Assembly: GCA_963664395.2 (NCBI GenBank) | Contig: OY761159.2 | Coordinates: 4,448,001 to 4,512,000, forward strand | Source of the DNA: Candidatus Binatia bacterium | Lineage (GTDB): Bacteria; Desulfobacterota; Binatia; Bin18 | Reading direction: 5' to 3' | Length of the DNA stretch: 64,000 nucleotides | Shown: positions 1 through 9,682 of the stretch, piece after piece | How the letters are laid out: every line of letters starts with the position of its first letter | Numbering within the stretch: the stretch's first letter is position 1 | Notes under the pieces: model-generated | What the model saw: the letters and a program-made list of their open reading frames with translations, nothing else | Told to the model about the DNA's origin: nothing | The model's database searches: none | Program-made: the position numbers and the translations under genes

Positions 1-1
1 G

Positions 2-250
2 GTGGCGCTTGGAGTGATTCTCGCGGTAATGGTGATTGTCGTCTATTCGACATTCCAGATTGGCGGTGTCCGCTGTGAGGTCTGTATTACCTTCCACGGC
101 CGTCAGGTCTGCCGTTCGGTGGACGGCACCACGGAGCATGAGGCCCAGATGGCAGCGATTACCAATGCCTGCGCCCTGCTCGCCTCGGGCGTCACCGACA
201 CCATTGCCTGTCAGAACGCCCCCCGGGACCGCTTGACCTGTAGTCCGTAG
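2..250 (+). CDS. Small Cys-rich membrane-anchored hypothetical protein (possibly 5'-truncated by window)
   Basis: N-terminal hydrophobic helix followed by 6 Cys (RCEVC, VC, AC, AC, TC); stop at 250. Confidence 0.65.
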   Translation: MALGVILAVMVIVVYSTFQIGGVRCEVCITFHGRQVCRSVDGTTEHEAQMAAITNACALLASGVTDTIACQNAPRDRLTCSP

Positions 251-301
251 GCAGCAGGCCACGGGCTGGAGTATACGCCCCTCCCCCTGCCGGGCCGGCT
301 T

Positions 302-1651
302 TTATTCGACGTTCGCAATCACAAAATTCTGGCTGTTCTGTTGCCACTCCAACGTGACCGTCTCCCCAAGCATCGGAAAGTCCTCCACCACGCATTCCCC
401 CACGGCCCCCCGCACGAACTCCTCGCCCAAGGTCGTTACCCGTACTGTCGCCCGACCCAGTTCGACGCCATCCACTACAGCCACGACGGTATGCACTCCG
501 TCGTCCAGCAGGTTCCAGTTGAACAACAAGCCAAACCCATTGTCTGTGTCCCCACACGCCCCTTCAGTGTCTAGCCGCTCTGTCCCATACGCGGCTCCCT
601 GCCGCACGACCTCCCCATTCTCTGTCTCGACCTCTATCTCCACACGACCCGCCTCACATACCCACCCCGAGATCACTCCAATCCCACTCTGAAACGAATC
701 TGCCCCCGGATTCTCCAGATACCCCACCAAAGTTCCCGACCGGGCGGCGTTGTCTCCGGTCGGTGCCCTCTCGCCCGCAATCACGAATTTCTGATTGGCC
801 TGCTGCCACACCAGTGTCACCGCCTCCCCCGGACTCGGGAAGTCCGCCACCTCACATTCCCCTGCTGCACCCCGCACGAACTCTGCCCCCAGCGTCGTCA
901 CCGTGATGGTCGCCCGGCCCAATTCCACCCCATCCACAGCGGCCACCACGTCATGCTCCCCGTCCCCCAACAGATTCCAGTTGAACAGCAACCCAAAGCC
1001 GTTGTCCGTGTCCCCACACACCCCTTGGGTGTCCACCCGCTCCGTCCCATACGCCGCGTCCTGTGGGGTCCCGTTCAGCTCGATCTCGACCGCCTCGGCC
1101 TCGCACACCCAGCCCGACAACACCCCAATGCCGCTCTGAAACGAATCTGCCCCCGGATTCTCCAGATACCCCACCACCAGCGTCGTCTGTAACGTATACG
1201 CCCCGGTCTGGCGCCCATGGCCCGCCACCGCCACCACTACCGGTCCGGCCGCCACCCGCACGCTGAGCCGAAGGTTCTGGCCCGCCCCGCCGCTATCGGC
1301 CATCGCCAACTCTGCGCCGTCCTGCCACACCGTGCCCACGGTAGCGGTTGACCCGCTCGTCTCGACTATCAGCACCCCGGCCTGGGGGGCGGGGAAGGTG
1401 AAGTAATCCACGTCGCCGGCCGGGGCGATGGTGCCCGTGGTGGTGGAGGTCGGCGTAATGACGGTCGCGCCCGCAGGACTGTTGCTATGGACGTCACGGC
1501 TGCCGGTGCTGCCGCCGCCGACCCCACCACCGCCGCCGGAGCCCAGTGGGGTCGGGTCCGGGGGCGGCGGGTCGGGTGGCGGCGGCGGTGGCGGCGGGGC
1601 ATCGTTGTCGGTCACCGTCACTGACGCCGAATCGTCCGTCGAGGCCACCAT
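302..1651 (-). CDS. C-terminal part of secreted modular protein: Pro/Gly linker, PPC-like beta domain, 2x conserved C-terminal domain (separated from 1618-4602 by a frameshift)
   Basis: GDVDYFTF..AGVLIVET PPC-like motif; two GYLENPGADSFQSG..WVCEA..YGTER..CGDTDNGFGLLFNWN..GEC..QNFVI units. Confidence 0.8.
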   Translation of the reverse strand: MVASTDDSASVTVTDNDAPPPPPPPPDPPPPDPTPLGSGGGGGVGGGSTGSRDVHSNSPAGATVITPTSTTTGTIAPAGDVDYFTFPAPQAGVLIVETSGSTATVGTVWQDGAELAMADSGGAGQNLRLSVRVAAGPVVVAVAGHGRQTGAYTLQTTLVVGYLENPGADSFQSGIGVLSGWVCEAEAVEIELNGTPQDAAYGTERVDTQGVCGDTDNGFGLLFNWNLLGDGEHDVVAAVDGVELGRATITVTTLGAEFVRGAAGECEVADFPSPGEAVTLVWQQANQKFVIAGERAPTGDNAARSGTLVGYLENPGADSFQSGIGVISGWVCEAGRVEIEVETENGEVVRQGAAYGTERLDTEGACGDTDNGFGLLFNWNLLDDGVHTVVAVVDGVELGRATVRVTTLGEEFVRGAVGECVVEDFPMLGETVTLEWQQNSQNFVIANVE

Positions 1652-2280
1652 ATACCCCGTGCCGGCCTCGACCGCACCACGCTGTTCGCCTCGGCCACGC
1701 TATCGTCCTCCGTCGCCACTACCAGTGGCACCGTGGCCGCGCCGGCGGTGAAGGCCACCGTCTGCGTCCCCTCGTTCGCTGCGGCTACCATGGCGCCGTT
1801 CTCGCTCACCCGCACCTCCACTGTCAGTGCCCTGGACGACACCGTGCGCCTCAGCGTGAACTCCGCATCCCTGCCCTCCGTCACCTCCGACCGGTTCTTC
1901 GACACCGACACCACCGGCGGGTCGGGTGGCGGCGGGGCATCGTTGTCGGTCACCGTCACTGACGCCGAATCGTCCGTCGAGGCCACCGTATACCCCGTGC
2001 CGGCCTCGACCTGCACACGCACCACGCTGTTCGCCTCGGCCACGCTATCGTCCTCCGTCGCCACGACCAGTGGCACCGTGGCCGCGCCGGCGGTGAAGGC
2101 CACCGTCTGCGTCCCCTCGTTCGCTGCGGCTACCATGGCGCCGTTCTCGCTCACCCGCACCTCCACTGTCAGTGCCCTGGACGACACCGTGCGCCTCAGC
2201 GTGAACTCCGCATCCCTGCCCTCCGTCACCTCCGACCGGTTCTTCGACACCGACACCGCCGGCGGGTCGGGTGGCGGCGG
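1590..2280. repeat. Near-perfect tandem duplication (345-bp unit) of a Calx-beta-like module; lower-coordinate copy has a 7-nt deletion
   Basis: Identical sequence at an offset of 345 bp (338 across the deletion); tcgacCgcaccac at ~1668 vs tcgacCTGCACACgcaccac at ~2006. Confidence 0.92.
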
Positions 2281-4602
2281 TACGTCCGGCTCAACGTCGC
2301 CGAAAACCCAGGGGCGAGCCTGTTTGATCGCCAGCACGTCGTCGGCGGTGATCTTGAACTCGATCTCCATCGCGAACGGCTCGCCGTCAGCAGGGCCGTA
2401 AAGCTCCTTGAACTTGTTGTGGATAGCACTGAGATGGCTCCGCAGCAGCGCCATCTGGTCGGTGGTCAAGAGCAGTTCCCCGGGCTCGACCTGATTGGAC
2501 GTGCGAATCATTACGTGCCTGCCGTGAGGTCGCAGCAGAATTTCCTCTGGTATCGAGAGGGCTTCGGGGTTGGTGACGAGGTCCTCGTCGATCTGACTGT
2601 TCACGTAATAATAATCTGTGTTGCCGGACACCACAGCGAAGCTGACCGCGACGCCGTTCACCTTCTCGTCCCGATAGCTGGGATGCACCAGCACACCCAT
2701 CGCTGTCGTGAGATGGTCGACGCGATGGAAGTCGCGCTCGGCAAAGGCGCGGAAGTTCCACAGGCTGGCGTACACCTCCTTGAGCGACTTCGCGAGATCC
2801 TCCTCATCCTCAGACGGCTTCTGAGACTTCGAGTCATACAGGCCCGCACCGTTGAAGCTGGGCAGGTCCTCGTTGTTGGTGCTGGACCGGTACCGCCGGT
2901 GGACGCCGTCCTCGAACGACTTGTTCATCTCCACCAGAGCATTGATGATCCACTGCGGCGTCTCGGCGTCCTCGATCTCCTTGCGAAGCGACTTCAGCTG
3001 AGACACCTGCGTATCGAAGTCCGACTGGAAATCCTCGTCGGCCAGCATATTGACGATGTCGTCGTAGAAACCGTTGTGCTTCATGAACTCGTCATAGAAA
3101 TAGAACGGGATCGCGAATCCGTCGGGAACAGTGCCTTCGGGCAACCTCAGACCACCGAGCACGGCCACATTCGCAGCCTTCACCCCGAAAGCATCCCAAT
3201 CATCGAAACCGATATCGCCCAACGCGGTGATTGACGTTACCAACAGATCCCGCTCGGGAGACTGCACTGCCCTAGGCCGCGACGATACATAATGCGCGTC
3301 CACCTCCGCCAGCGTCGCGGCCCGCATTTTCCACTCGCTGTCGGTCACTTCATAACGCACATACTTGCCGATGAGGTCGAGGATCGTCGGATGGGTCCGG
3401 GCATCGCGCACATATGCGTTGGGCACTCCGTCTTGCAACGCACGCAGATTCACATGCGACAACGGCGTCTGCGGCACCGTCGAGATGATTCCCGCCACCC
3501 GAGGCAACTCATTCGGCAACGACTCATACACGACCACATCACGAGGGCTCGGACGCTCCTCGGGATCCATTACCCGCAGAAGACCGAATCCCACAGTTTC
3601 ATTCAGCGCTATGAACTTCTTCTTGGTGCGAATGTCCTCATCGAACACAAGGTCGATCCGGGATTCCCTGAACAGCGGCAACTCATCCTGGTAATGCCAG
3701 AGTCTCTGGTTAGAAATGTGGAACGCGAGGTTGTTCTCGATGAACGACATGCTCGCAGCCAGCACCGAATGGGTGCGAGCCGCCGCCGCAAACGTGTAGT
3801 CGCTAGAATCATATGAAGTTAGGTTAAAATAGTAGGTTCCTTGCTTGTTTGCCGAGTCGCCACTGAAGATTTTCGAGCGCCAGAGGATGTTGCCGGTGAA
3901 TAGCCCTGGTTGATCACGCTCGACTTCGAGCGCTCTGAGGAGACTGTCGTGACCCAGATGGGTTTCATAGTCCAAGAAATAGACGCTCGGGCGGTCGGTG
4001 TCCATGTCCGCAAGGATGAACTTGAGATAATCGTTGCGGATAGCAATGGCTTCCCATGCGGCCCGGTTGGATAAAGCCACCATGCCGTCGCTGATGTCTA
4101 CGGCGGCGGGGTTGATCGGGTTCATGCTGCCGAGGTTGTCGAGTTCGGTGAGGTCGTCGATGCAATCGCCGTCGACGTCGGCCGGCTCGGCGCTGAGGTA
4201 CTTCTCCACGCGGTAGCGCTCGGCGGGCAGCGCTTCGATGTTCTCGGCCAGCGTGGTCGTGCCGGCTGTCCCCCGCTTGACCAGGACCGGCAGTTCCACC
4301 GTCGTGTCCGCATCCATTTCGTGGCTCACATAGAGCACGAAATAGTCCGCAGTCGTGGACGGGACCACGATGGGCACGTCCGTGACCGCCACCGCCGTCG
4401 GCACCCGGGCGGGGTTGTTGCCAGGACACGGCTCATCGTCTTGGGCAAAAGCAGGAACCACCAGGGCTACCCCGGCCGCCAGACTTGCCAGCATGCCCCT
4501 GACAAGCGAAGGAAAATGTGCTGGAAGGTTCGGTTCGCAAGTCCCGTGCCGGATGTGACGTGAGTCCATCGCCAATTTCTCCCCCCGCCAACGAGAATTC
4601 AT
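1618..4602 (-). CDS. Secreted PEP/pyruvate-binding (PPDK_N ATP-grasp-like) domain protein with Calx-beta-like repeats
   Basis: Signal peptide LASLAAGVALVVPAFA; motifs FGVKAAN, VPDGFAIPF, RYRSSTNNEDL..FNGAGLY, VYASLWN, MEIEFK..IKQARP. Confidence 0.85.
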   Translation of the reverse strand: MNSRWRGEKLAMDSRHIRHGTCEPNLPAHFPSLVRGMLASLAAGVALVVPAFAQDDEPCPGNNPARVPTAVAVTDVPIVVPSTTADYFVLYVSHEMDADTTVELPVLVKRGTAGTTTLAENIEALPAERYRVEKYLSAEPADVDGDCIDDLTELDNLGSMNPINPAAVDISDGMVALSNRAAWEAIAIRNDYLKFILADMDTDRPSVYFLDYETHLGHDSLLRALEVERDQPGLFTGNILWRSKIFSGDSANKQGTYYFNLTSYDSSDYTFAAAARTHSVLAASMSFIENNLAFHISNQRLWHYQDELPLFRESRIDLVFDEDIRTKKKFIALNETVGFGLLRVMDPEERPSPRDVVVYESLPNELPRVAGIISTVPQTPLSHVNLRALQDGVPNAYVRDARTHPTILDLIGKYVRYEVTDSEWKMRAATLAEVDAHYVSSRPRAVQSPERDLLVTSITALGDIGFDDWDAFGVKAANVAVLGGLRLPEGTVPDGFAIPFYFYDEFMKHNGFYDDIVNMLADEDFQSDFDTQVSQLKSLRKEIEDAETPQWIINALVEMNKSFEDGVHRRYRSSTNNEDLPSFNGAGLYDSKSQKPSEDEEDLAKSLKEVYASLWNFRAFAERDFHRVDHLTTAMGVLVHPSYRDEKVNGVAVSFAVVSGNTDYYYVNSQIDEDLVTNPEALSIPEEILLRPHGRHVMIRTSNQVEPGELLLTTDQMALLRSHLSAIHNKFKELYGPADGEPFAMEIEFKITADDVLAIKQARPWVFGDVEPDVPPPPDPPAVSVSKNRSEVTEGRDAEFTLRRTVSSRALTVEVRVSENGAMVAAANEGTQTVAFTAGAATVPLVVATEDDSVAEANSVVRVQVEAGTGYTVASTDDSASVTVTDNDAPPPPDPPVVSVSKNRSEVTEGRDAEFTLRRTVSSRALTVEVRVSENGAMVAAANEGTQTVAFTAGAATVPLVVATEDDSVAEANSVVRSRPARGIWWPRRTIRRQ

Positions 4603-4629
4603 ACCGCTAGCGCCTGTCGTAAAAACCGA

Positions 4630-4673
4630 CCATACAGAATCCCGCCGCTCTTTTCCCCCCTAAAATTAGAGGA
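4630..4673 (-). promoter_or_regulatory. Conserved upstream motif shared by genes carrying the C-terminal domain (copy 1)
   Basis: 34/44 ungapped identity to 49463-49506; core cccccctaaaat..gagga also at 57791-57809. Confidence 0.55.
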
Positions 4674-4801
4674 AAAATCCCGGCGCCGCGGCAGGACGGG
4701 GAGTGGATATGCCCCCGAAGCCCCGCGCGCGGGCGGAGGGAGTAGCCGTTTGTGTGGAAACCTTTTAGCATTGCAGCAGAGATGCAGCAGAAAGGACTGG
4801 T

Positions 4802-5203
4802 ATGTTCAAGCCCAAGAAAACAGCGGAGCAGATGGTTGAGGAGGCGAAGACCCGTATTGAGAATCTGTCCGTGGGACGGTTACAACAGGAACTGGAATCC
4901 GGCGAGACGCAACTGCTCGATATTCGAGACCTGCGTGAACGTCAGAAGCTGGGCTGGATTCCGAGCGCCATGCATGTGCCGCGCGGGATGCTGGAATTCT
5001 GGCTTGACCCAACCTCCCCGTATTGCAGCGGAAAGGTTGATCCCGAAAAACGGATTATCGTGTACTGTGCCGCAGGTGGCCGGTCCGCGCTGGCGGCTGA
5101 CGTGTTACAAGATATGGGGTTTCCCAATATTGCGCATCTGGAAGCCGGGTTTAACGGCTGGGCCGAGGCCGAGCTGCCCGGAGAAAAGCCGGACAAATCA
5201 TAA
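4802..5203 (+). CDS. Rhodanese-like domain protein
   Basis: LLDIRD..ER..G.IP.A.HVPRGMLEF, active-site loop YCAAGGRS; GAAAGGA RBS. Confidence 0.93.
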   Translation: MFKPKKTAEQMVEEAKTRIENLSVGRLQQELESGETQLLDIRDLRERQKLGWIPSAMHVPRGMLEFWLDPTSPYCSGKVDPEKRIIVYCAAGGRSALAADVLQDMGFPNIAHLEAGFNGWAEAELPGEKPDKS

Positions 5204-5213
5204 TCTATTCCCC

Positions 5214-6242
5214 ATGCCCACTATCCTAGTCCTTTTGAGACGCTTCGCTCACCAGCTACGGAAAGAGCATCTGGATGTGGTCCTCTTGGTGCTGGTTGTC
5301 ATCTCCATCACCGGAATGGTGGGGATTTCGTTTTTTGAGCCGCAGTTGTCCATGGTGGACGCAGTGTGGTGGACGCTGGTGACCATTACCACGGTCGGCT
5401 ATGGCGACATCTATCCGACCTCGTTGGGCGGCCGGATCGTCGGCATCTTTCTGATGCTGTTCGGCATTGGGTTTCTCGGCATGCTGACGGCCACCCTGGC
5501 CAGCACCTTTGTTGAAAACCGGCGGCAGGAGGGAAAAGGGATGAAGTCAATCTCAAGCACCGGACATTTTGTCCTGTGCGGCTGGAATTATAAAACCAGG
5601 GAAATTATTGAAGAGATCAGGGCGGACGAAAAGGCCCGGACCCGTTCGATTGTGCTGATCGCCGATTTACCGGAGAACCCCTTGGACGGTGAACAGGTCC
5701 AATTTGTCAGCGGGGTCGTCAGCCCGGAAACCTTGGCCCGGGCTAATGCCCGAGAGGCAAAGGTAGCCATTGTGCTGGCGGATGAACAGGGTGAGGTCCA
5801 TACGCGGGATGCCAAGACGATTTTGGATACGCTCACCATCAAAACCACCTACCCGAGCCTGCATACCTGCGTCGAACTGCTTGACCAGCAAAATATTGCC
5901 CACGGCAAGCGGGCCAAGGCGGATGAAATTATTGTCACCGGTGCATTGAGCACCAACCTGCTTGTCCAGGCCGCCTTGAACCGTGGCGTGCCCCTGCTGG
6001 TCAACGAACTCGTCAGCAATCGCTTCGGGAGTGCCCTGTACACCATTCCGGTGCCGCACGCCTGCGTTGGCCATGCTTTTGTGGATGCACTGACTGAACT
6101 GAAGAGAGAACAGAATCTCCTTCTTGTAGCCGTCGAAAGCCGGGCACAGGCAAGGTTTCTTGCAAACCCACCCATCGACTATATAATCAGTGCAGAAGAC
6201 CAACTCATCGTTATTGGACAAGAGCGTCCCGACCAGGGATAA
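5214..6242 (+). CDS. Two-TM potassium channel with TrkA-N/RCK domains
   Basis: Selectivity filter TITTVGYGD; RCK LCGWN motif; start chosen after rhodanese stop. Confidence 0.93.
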   Translation: MPTILVLLRRFAHQLRKEHLDVVLLVLVVISITGMVGISFFEPQLSMVDAVWWTLVTITTVGYGDIYPTSLGGRIVGIFLMLFGIGFLGMLTATLASTFVENRRQEGKGMKSISSTGHFVLCGWNYKTREIIEEIRADEKARTRSIVLIADLPENPLDGEQVQFVSGVVSPETLARANAREAKVAIVLADEQGEVHTRDAKTILDTLTIKTTYPSLHTCVELLDQQNIAHGKRAKADEIIVTGALSTNLLVQAALNRGVPLLVNELVSNRFGSALYTIPVPHACVGHAFVDALTELKREQNLLLVAVESRAQARFLANPPIDYIISAEDQLIVIGQERPDQG

Positions 6243-6260
6243 GTGTGGAGGATACGACGT

Positions 6261-6659
6261 ATGCCGTTAGAGTATTTTGAGAAAGTAAAAGCACTGCTGC
6301 TTGATTTGGACTACGCGATTACGCACGAGGACGAAGACCAGGAGTTGTTTATCGTCAATGACGAAGACAGCGGCATCAACAACCTCATCGTTGACTGCGA
6401 GGACCCCCTGCTGGTGTTGGAGCAGGCCATTATGCCCGTTCCTCAAGATACCGGGGATTTATTCCGGCGACTATTGCAGATGAACCGGCTCCTGGTGCAT
6501 GGTGCCTTTGTGTTGGACGAGGATGCGCGGACCATCCTCTTTCGTAACACGCTACGCATCGAGAATCTGGACAGTAATGAACTGGAAGGTTCGATTGAAG
6601 CGCTGAGTTTGGCACTGGCGGAGAATGCGGGAGAATTACTCTCCTATAACAAGCACTAA
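6261..6659 (+). CDS. YbjN/CesT-like chaperone-fold protein
   Basis: LLQMNR.LVHGAFVLD..ILFR.TL.IENLD.NELEGSI pattern; immediately upstream of PspA homolog. Confidence 0.8.
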   Translation: MPLEYFEKVKALLLDLDYAITHEDEDQELFIVNDEDSGINNLIVDCEDPLLVLEQAIMPVPQDTGDLFRRLLQMNRLLVHGAFVLDEDARTILFRNTLRIENLDSNELEGSIEALSLALAENAGELLSYNKH

Positions 6660-6680
6660 TCAATCTGGAGGAAGATAACT

Positions 6681-7388
6681 ATGTCAGGTTTTTTTCAACG
6701 CCTATTCAAAATCGGACAATCCGAAGCCCACGCCGTTCTTGACAATATGGAAGACCCCATCCGCATGACCGAGCAGGGTATCCGTGATCTCAAGAACGAT
6801 CTCCAAGCCAGTATGACGAGTTTAGCCGAGGTCAAGAGCGTGGCTATTCGACTCAGAAAGGGCGCGGATGGCAGTAAATCCATGGCTGCCGAGTATGAAC
6901 GCAAGGCCATGCTGCTGCTGCAAAAGATGCAGAGTGGGGAGATGGACCAGGCCGAAGCCGAGCGTCTGGCGGCCGAGGCCCTGAAAAAGAAAGAAGAGGC
7001 CAGCCAGGGGGCTGCCCAGGCGCTGAAAGACTGGGAAAATCAGGACAGCATGGCCAACCAGCTTCAGGGCAAGATCGAGAAGCTGAAATCCATGACCACT
7101 AGATATGAGAACGATCTCATTACCTTAAAGGCCCGCGCACGTACCGCAGCCTCGACCAAGAAGATCAATCAGCAACTCGCCAAGGTCGATTCATCCAGCA
7201 CGATCTCCATGCTGGAGAAGATGCGCAACAAGGTTGAAGAAGACGAGTCATTAGCTCAGGCGTACGGCGAGGTCGCCGATATCGATAAAAGCGTTGATAA
7301 CGAGATTGATGCGGCCCTGAGCCAGAGCAATGCTACGGCGAATGATTCCCTGGCCGCGCTCAAGGCCAAGATGGGGATTTCGGCATAG
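6681..7388 (+). CDS. pspA: PspA/IM30 family protein
   Basis: Amphipathic N-terminus MSGFFQRLFK, EDPIRMTEQGIRDL, long coiled coil, LAALKAKM C-terminus. Confidence 0.92.
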   Translation: MSGFFQRLFKIGQSEAHAVLDNMEDPIRMTEQGIRDLKNDLQASMTSLAEVKSVAIRLRKGADGSKSMAAEYERKAMLLLQKMQSGEMDQAEAERLAAEALKKKEEASQGAAQALKDWENQDSMANQLQGKIEKLKSMTTRYENDLITLKARARTAASTKKINQQLAKVDSSSTISMLEKMRNKVEEDESLAQAYGEVADIDKSVDNEIDAALSQSNATANDSLAALKAKMGISA

Positions 7389-7398
7389 CCCAACTCTA

Positions 7399-7442
7399 TC
7401 CCCTCCTCTCGGAGGGGTGGCCGCAGCCGGGGTGGGTTCCTC
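7399..7442. repeat. REP-like palindrome (CCCCTCC..GGAGGGGTGG..GGGGTGGGTT family)
   Basis: Related copies at 11356, 23529, 55027, 55165, 58097, 60471. Confidence 0.75.
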
Positions 7443-7512
7443 ATTGGCACTACGCCCGAATTAGGACCAGCCCTTCGAGGAAGATACTTTTCGAGTGAGT
7501 AGAGGAGCCCCT

Positions 7513-8064
7513 ATGTCTCTGTGGCAAAAACTCTTTGGGAAAAAGGACGAGCAAGCGGCCCTCGATCCGCTCAGGGATTTAACCCTCTCGAACCTGAAAG
7601 TCGGCTATCTGGTCGATTATGACCTCAAGACCTGGGAGGTCAAAAGTCAGAGCAGCTATACCTTTGACGACACCGAGAGCCAAGAGTGGGAACTCGATGC
7701 CGGAGACGACTCGTGCTTCCTTGAACGCGAAGAGGACGATGCAGTCGAATGGAACATCTCACGCAAAATAGATTTTTCAGCCCTGGGTCAAGGCGTGCGA
7801 ACGCATGTCAGACAGCATGACGATCCGCCTGAGGAAATCGAATATCAAGGCATACGTTTTCGGTTAGCCGAAAGTGGCGCCGGCCATTATCACCCCAACG
7901 GGCGGGTTGCCGGCGATGATATGATCTATTGGGATTATACCGACGCCTCGGAAGACAACACCCTGACCATCGAACAGTGGGACGAAAACGAGTTTGAAGC
8001 CTCTGTGGGCAAATACGTCAACGAGTACGAGTTCTCCCATATTCTGCCACGAGAACAGTCGTGA
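7513..8064 (+). CDS. DUF4178/YjfK-like protein
   Basis: Acidic, aromatic-rich beta protein (EWEL, PPEEIEYQG, YWDY, IEQW); typical position after pspA. Confidence 0.75.
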   Translation: MSLWQKLFGKKDEQAALDPLRDLTLSNLKVGYLVDYDLKTWEVKSQSSYTFDDTESQEWELDAGDDSCFLEREEDDAVEWNISRKIDFSALGQGVRTHVRQHDDPPEEIEYQGIRFRLAESGAGHYHPNGRVAGDDMIYWDYTDASEDNTLTIEQWDENEFEASVGKYVNEYEFSHILPREQS

Positions 8065-8077
8065 AGCCTGCCCTACT

Positions 8078-9682
8078 CTAATACACCTCCCACCTACCCT
8101 GCTTATAATACGACTGTAAAACAGGCTGGCTCTCCCGATTCACCTCAATCTCGCCTTCGTCCCGAAAGACTCCCTTCCCAAAATGAACCATCGCGACCAT
8201 TGCGTCCTGGTTGAGAAAGCGTGTCTCAACCTCTTGAAAAGACAATCCTTGCACAGTTTCCTTCAAGGCCGTGGCCTCAAGGAGACCAGCATCCACCCCC
8301 AGCACAAATCCCCACTCGCCCAGCGTCGGGACATGGTTGTGGTAGGGCAAAACGCTGAAACCGGCTTCCGCCATCGTTTTCTGAATACACACAAAAGCCT
8401 GACGGCTGAAAAACGGGCTGGTCGCCTGCGTGACTAGGGTGCCGCCCCGTTTGAGATGCTTCTTGCACAGGCGATAGAAGTTGAGCGAATACAGCCGGGC
8501 CAGTTCCACGGAGTTGGGGTCGGGCAGATCAATAATGATCACGTCGAATAAATGCGACGTGTCCTGGAGAAAGGAAAAGGCATCCGCATTGACAACGGAC
8601 ACCCGGGAATCGCCTAAGGCGTGGTCATTGAGTTGCAGGAAGACCGGATGGGTGGCGGCCAAGGTTGTCATCTCCGGGTCGAGATCGACCAGGGTCACGG
8701 CTTTGACCTGGGAGTATTTGAGCACCTCCCGCACGGCCAAACCATCACCCCCGCCGAGAATGAGCACCTCTGCTCGATTGCCGGTCAGAGCCAAGGCCGG
8801 ATGGACGAGCGGTTCGTGGTAGCGCTCTTCATCATAACTGCTGAACTGCTGGTTGCCGTTGATATAGAGCCAGTAATCATTCCGCCAACGCGTCATCACC
8901 AGCCGCTGATAGGGCGTTTGTCTGACCAGGATAACGGTGTCTTTATACAGGGCCTGCTCACCAAACAGGATAATTGGTTCCGCCAACACAAACAGTCCGA
9001 TAATCGCCGCTCCAACAACAGCCCACACGCCACTCAGCAGTCGGGGTGCGCTGAGTAAAGACCGAAAACGAAACAAAAAGAGCGAGGCAACACCAAAGTT
9101 CACTGCGCCAAGAGCCACCGGAGTATACGTCAGGCCCAAATACGGCAGGCCCACAAAGGCAAAGAAAAGCCCCCCAATGAGCGCACCGTAATAATCTTTC
9201 TCCATCACGGCAGAGATGTTGACCCGGAGTTCTTCATACCCGGCATTGACCCGCGTAATGAGAGGAATCTCCATCCCGATCAGCAGGCCAATGGCTATGC
9301 CGAGTGGGTAAATCACCACGCCAACGTTAGTGAGAAAAGGAGACAGGACGTAGGCTGAGGCCGCGGCGCTCGCACACAGGAGGGACAGGGAGAACTCAAG
9401 AACGGTAAAGGTGTCCAGCAGATTCGCGCTGCAATAACGACTCAGATGGCTGCCCAGTCCCATGGCAAACAGCATGAGCGACATCATCAACGTCCATTGC
9501 AGGACGGCATTCCCCAAAAAATAGGTCGCAAGCGTGCACAGCACAAACTCGGCGACTATGCCCGCGCACCCGGTGGCGAACAGGCAGAGTTTGAGCAGGC
9601 TAGAGACACCAAGTGATGAGAAAGGACGCACCAATATAGGAGAACATCTCGATGTAGGCCGCACCGAGATTGGGTTGTTCAT
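8078..9682 (-). CDS. speE: Membrane-bound polyamine aminopropyltransferase (spermidine synthase); true start probably ~9630
   Basis: ~7 N-terminal TM helices; TPYQ, YHEPLVHP, VLILGGGDGLA, VDLDP, IIDLPDP motifs. Confidence 0.92.
   Translation of the reverse strand: MNNPISVRPTSRCSPILVRPFSSLGVSSLLKLCLFATGCAGIVAEFVLCTLATYFLGNAVLQWTLMMSLMLFAMGLGSHLSRYCSANLLDTFTVLEFSLSLLCASAAASAYVLSPFLTNVGVVIYPLGIAIGLLIGMEIPLITRVNAGYEELRVNISAVMEKDYYGALIGGLFFAFVGLPYLGLTYTPVALGAVNFGVASLFLFRFRSLLSAPRLLSGVWAVVGAAIIGLFVLAEPIILFGEQALYKDTVILVRQTPYQRLVMTRWRNDYWLYINGNQQFSSYDEERYHEPLVHPALALTGNRAEVLILGGGDGLAVREVLKYSQVKAVTLVDLDPEMTTLAATHPVFLQLNDHALGDSRVSVVNADAFSFLQDTSHLFDVIIIDLPDPNSVELARLYSLNFYRLCKKHLKRGGTLVTQATSPFFSRQAFVCIQKTMAEAGFSVLPYHNHVPTLGEWGFVLGVDAGLLEATALKETVQGLSFQEVETRFLNQDAMVAMVHFGKGVFRDEGEIEVNRESQPVLQSYYKQGRWEVY

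Noticed and set aside
4752-5213. N-terminal extension of the K+ channel ORF (496 aa in the track)
   Set aside because: Overlaps the rhodanese gene in another frame; the channel most plausibly starts at ATG 5214.
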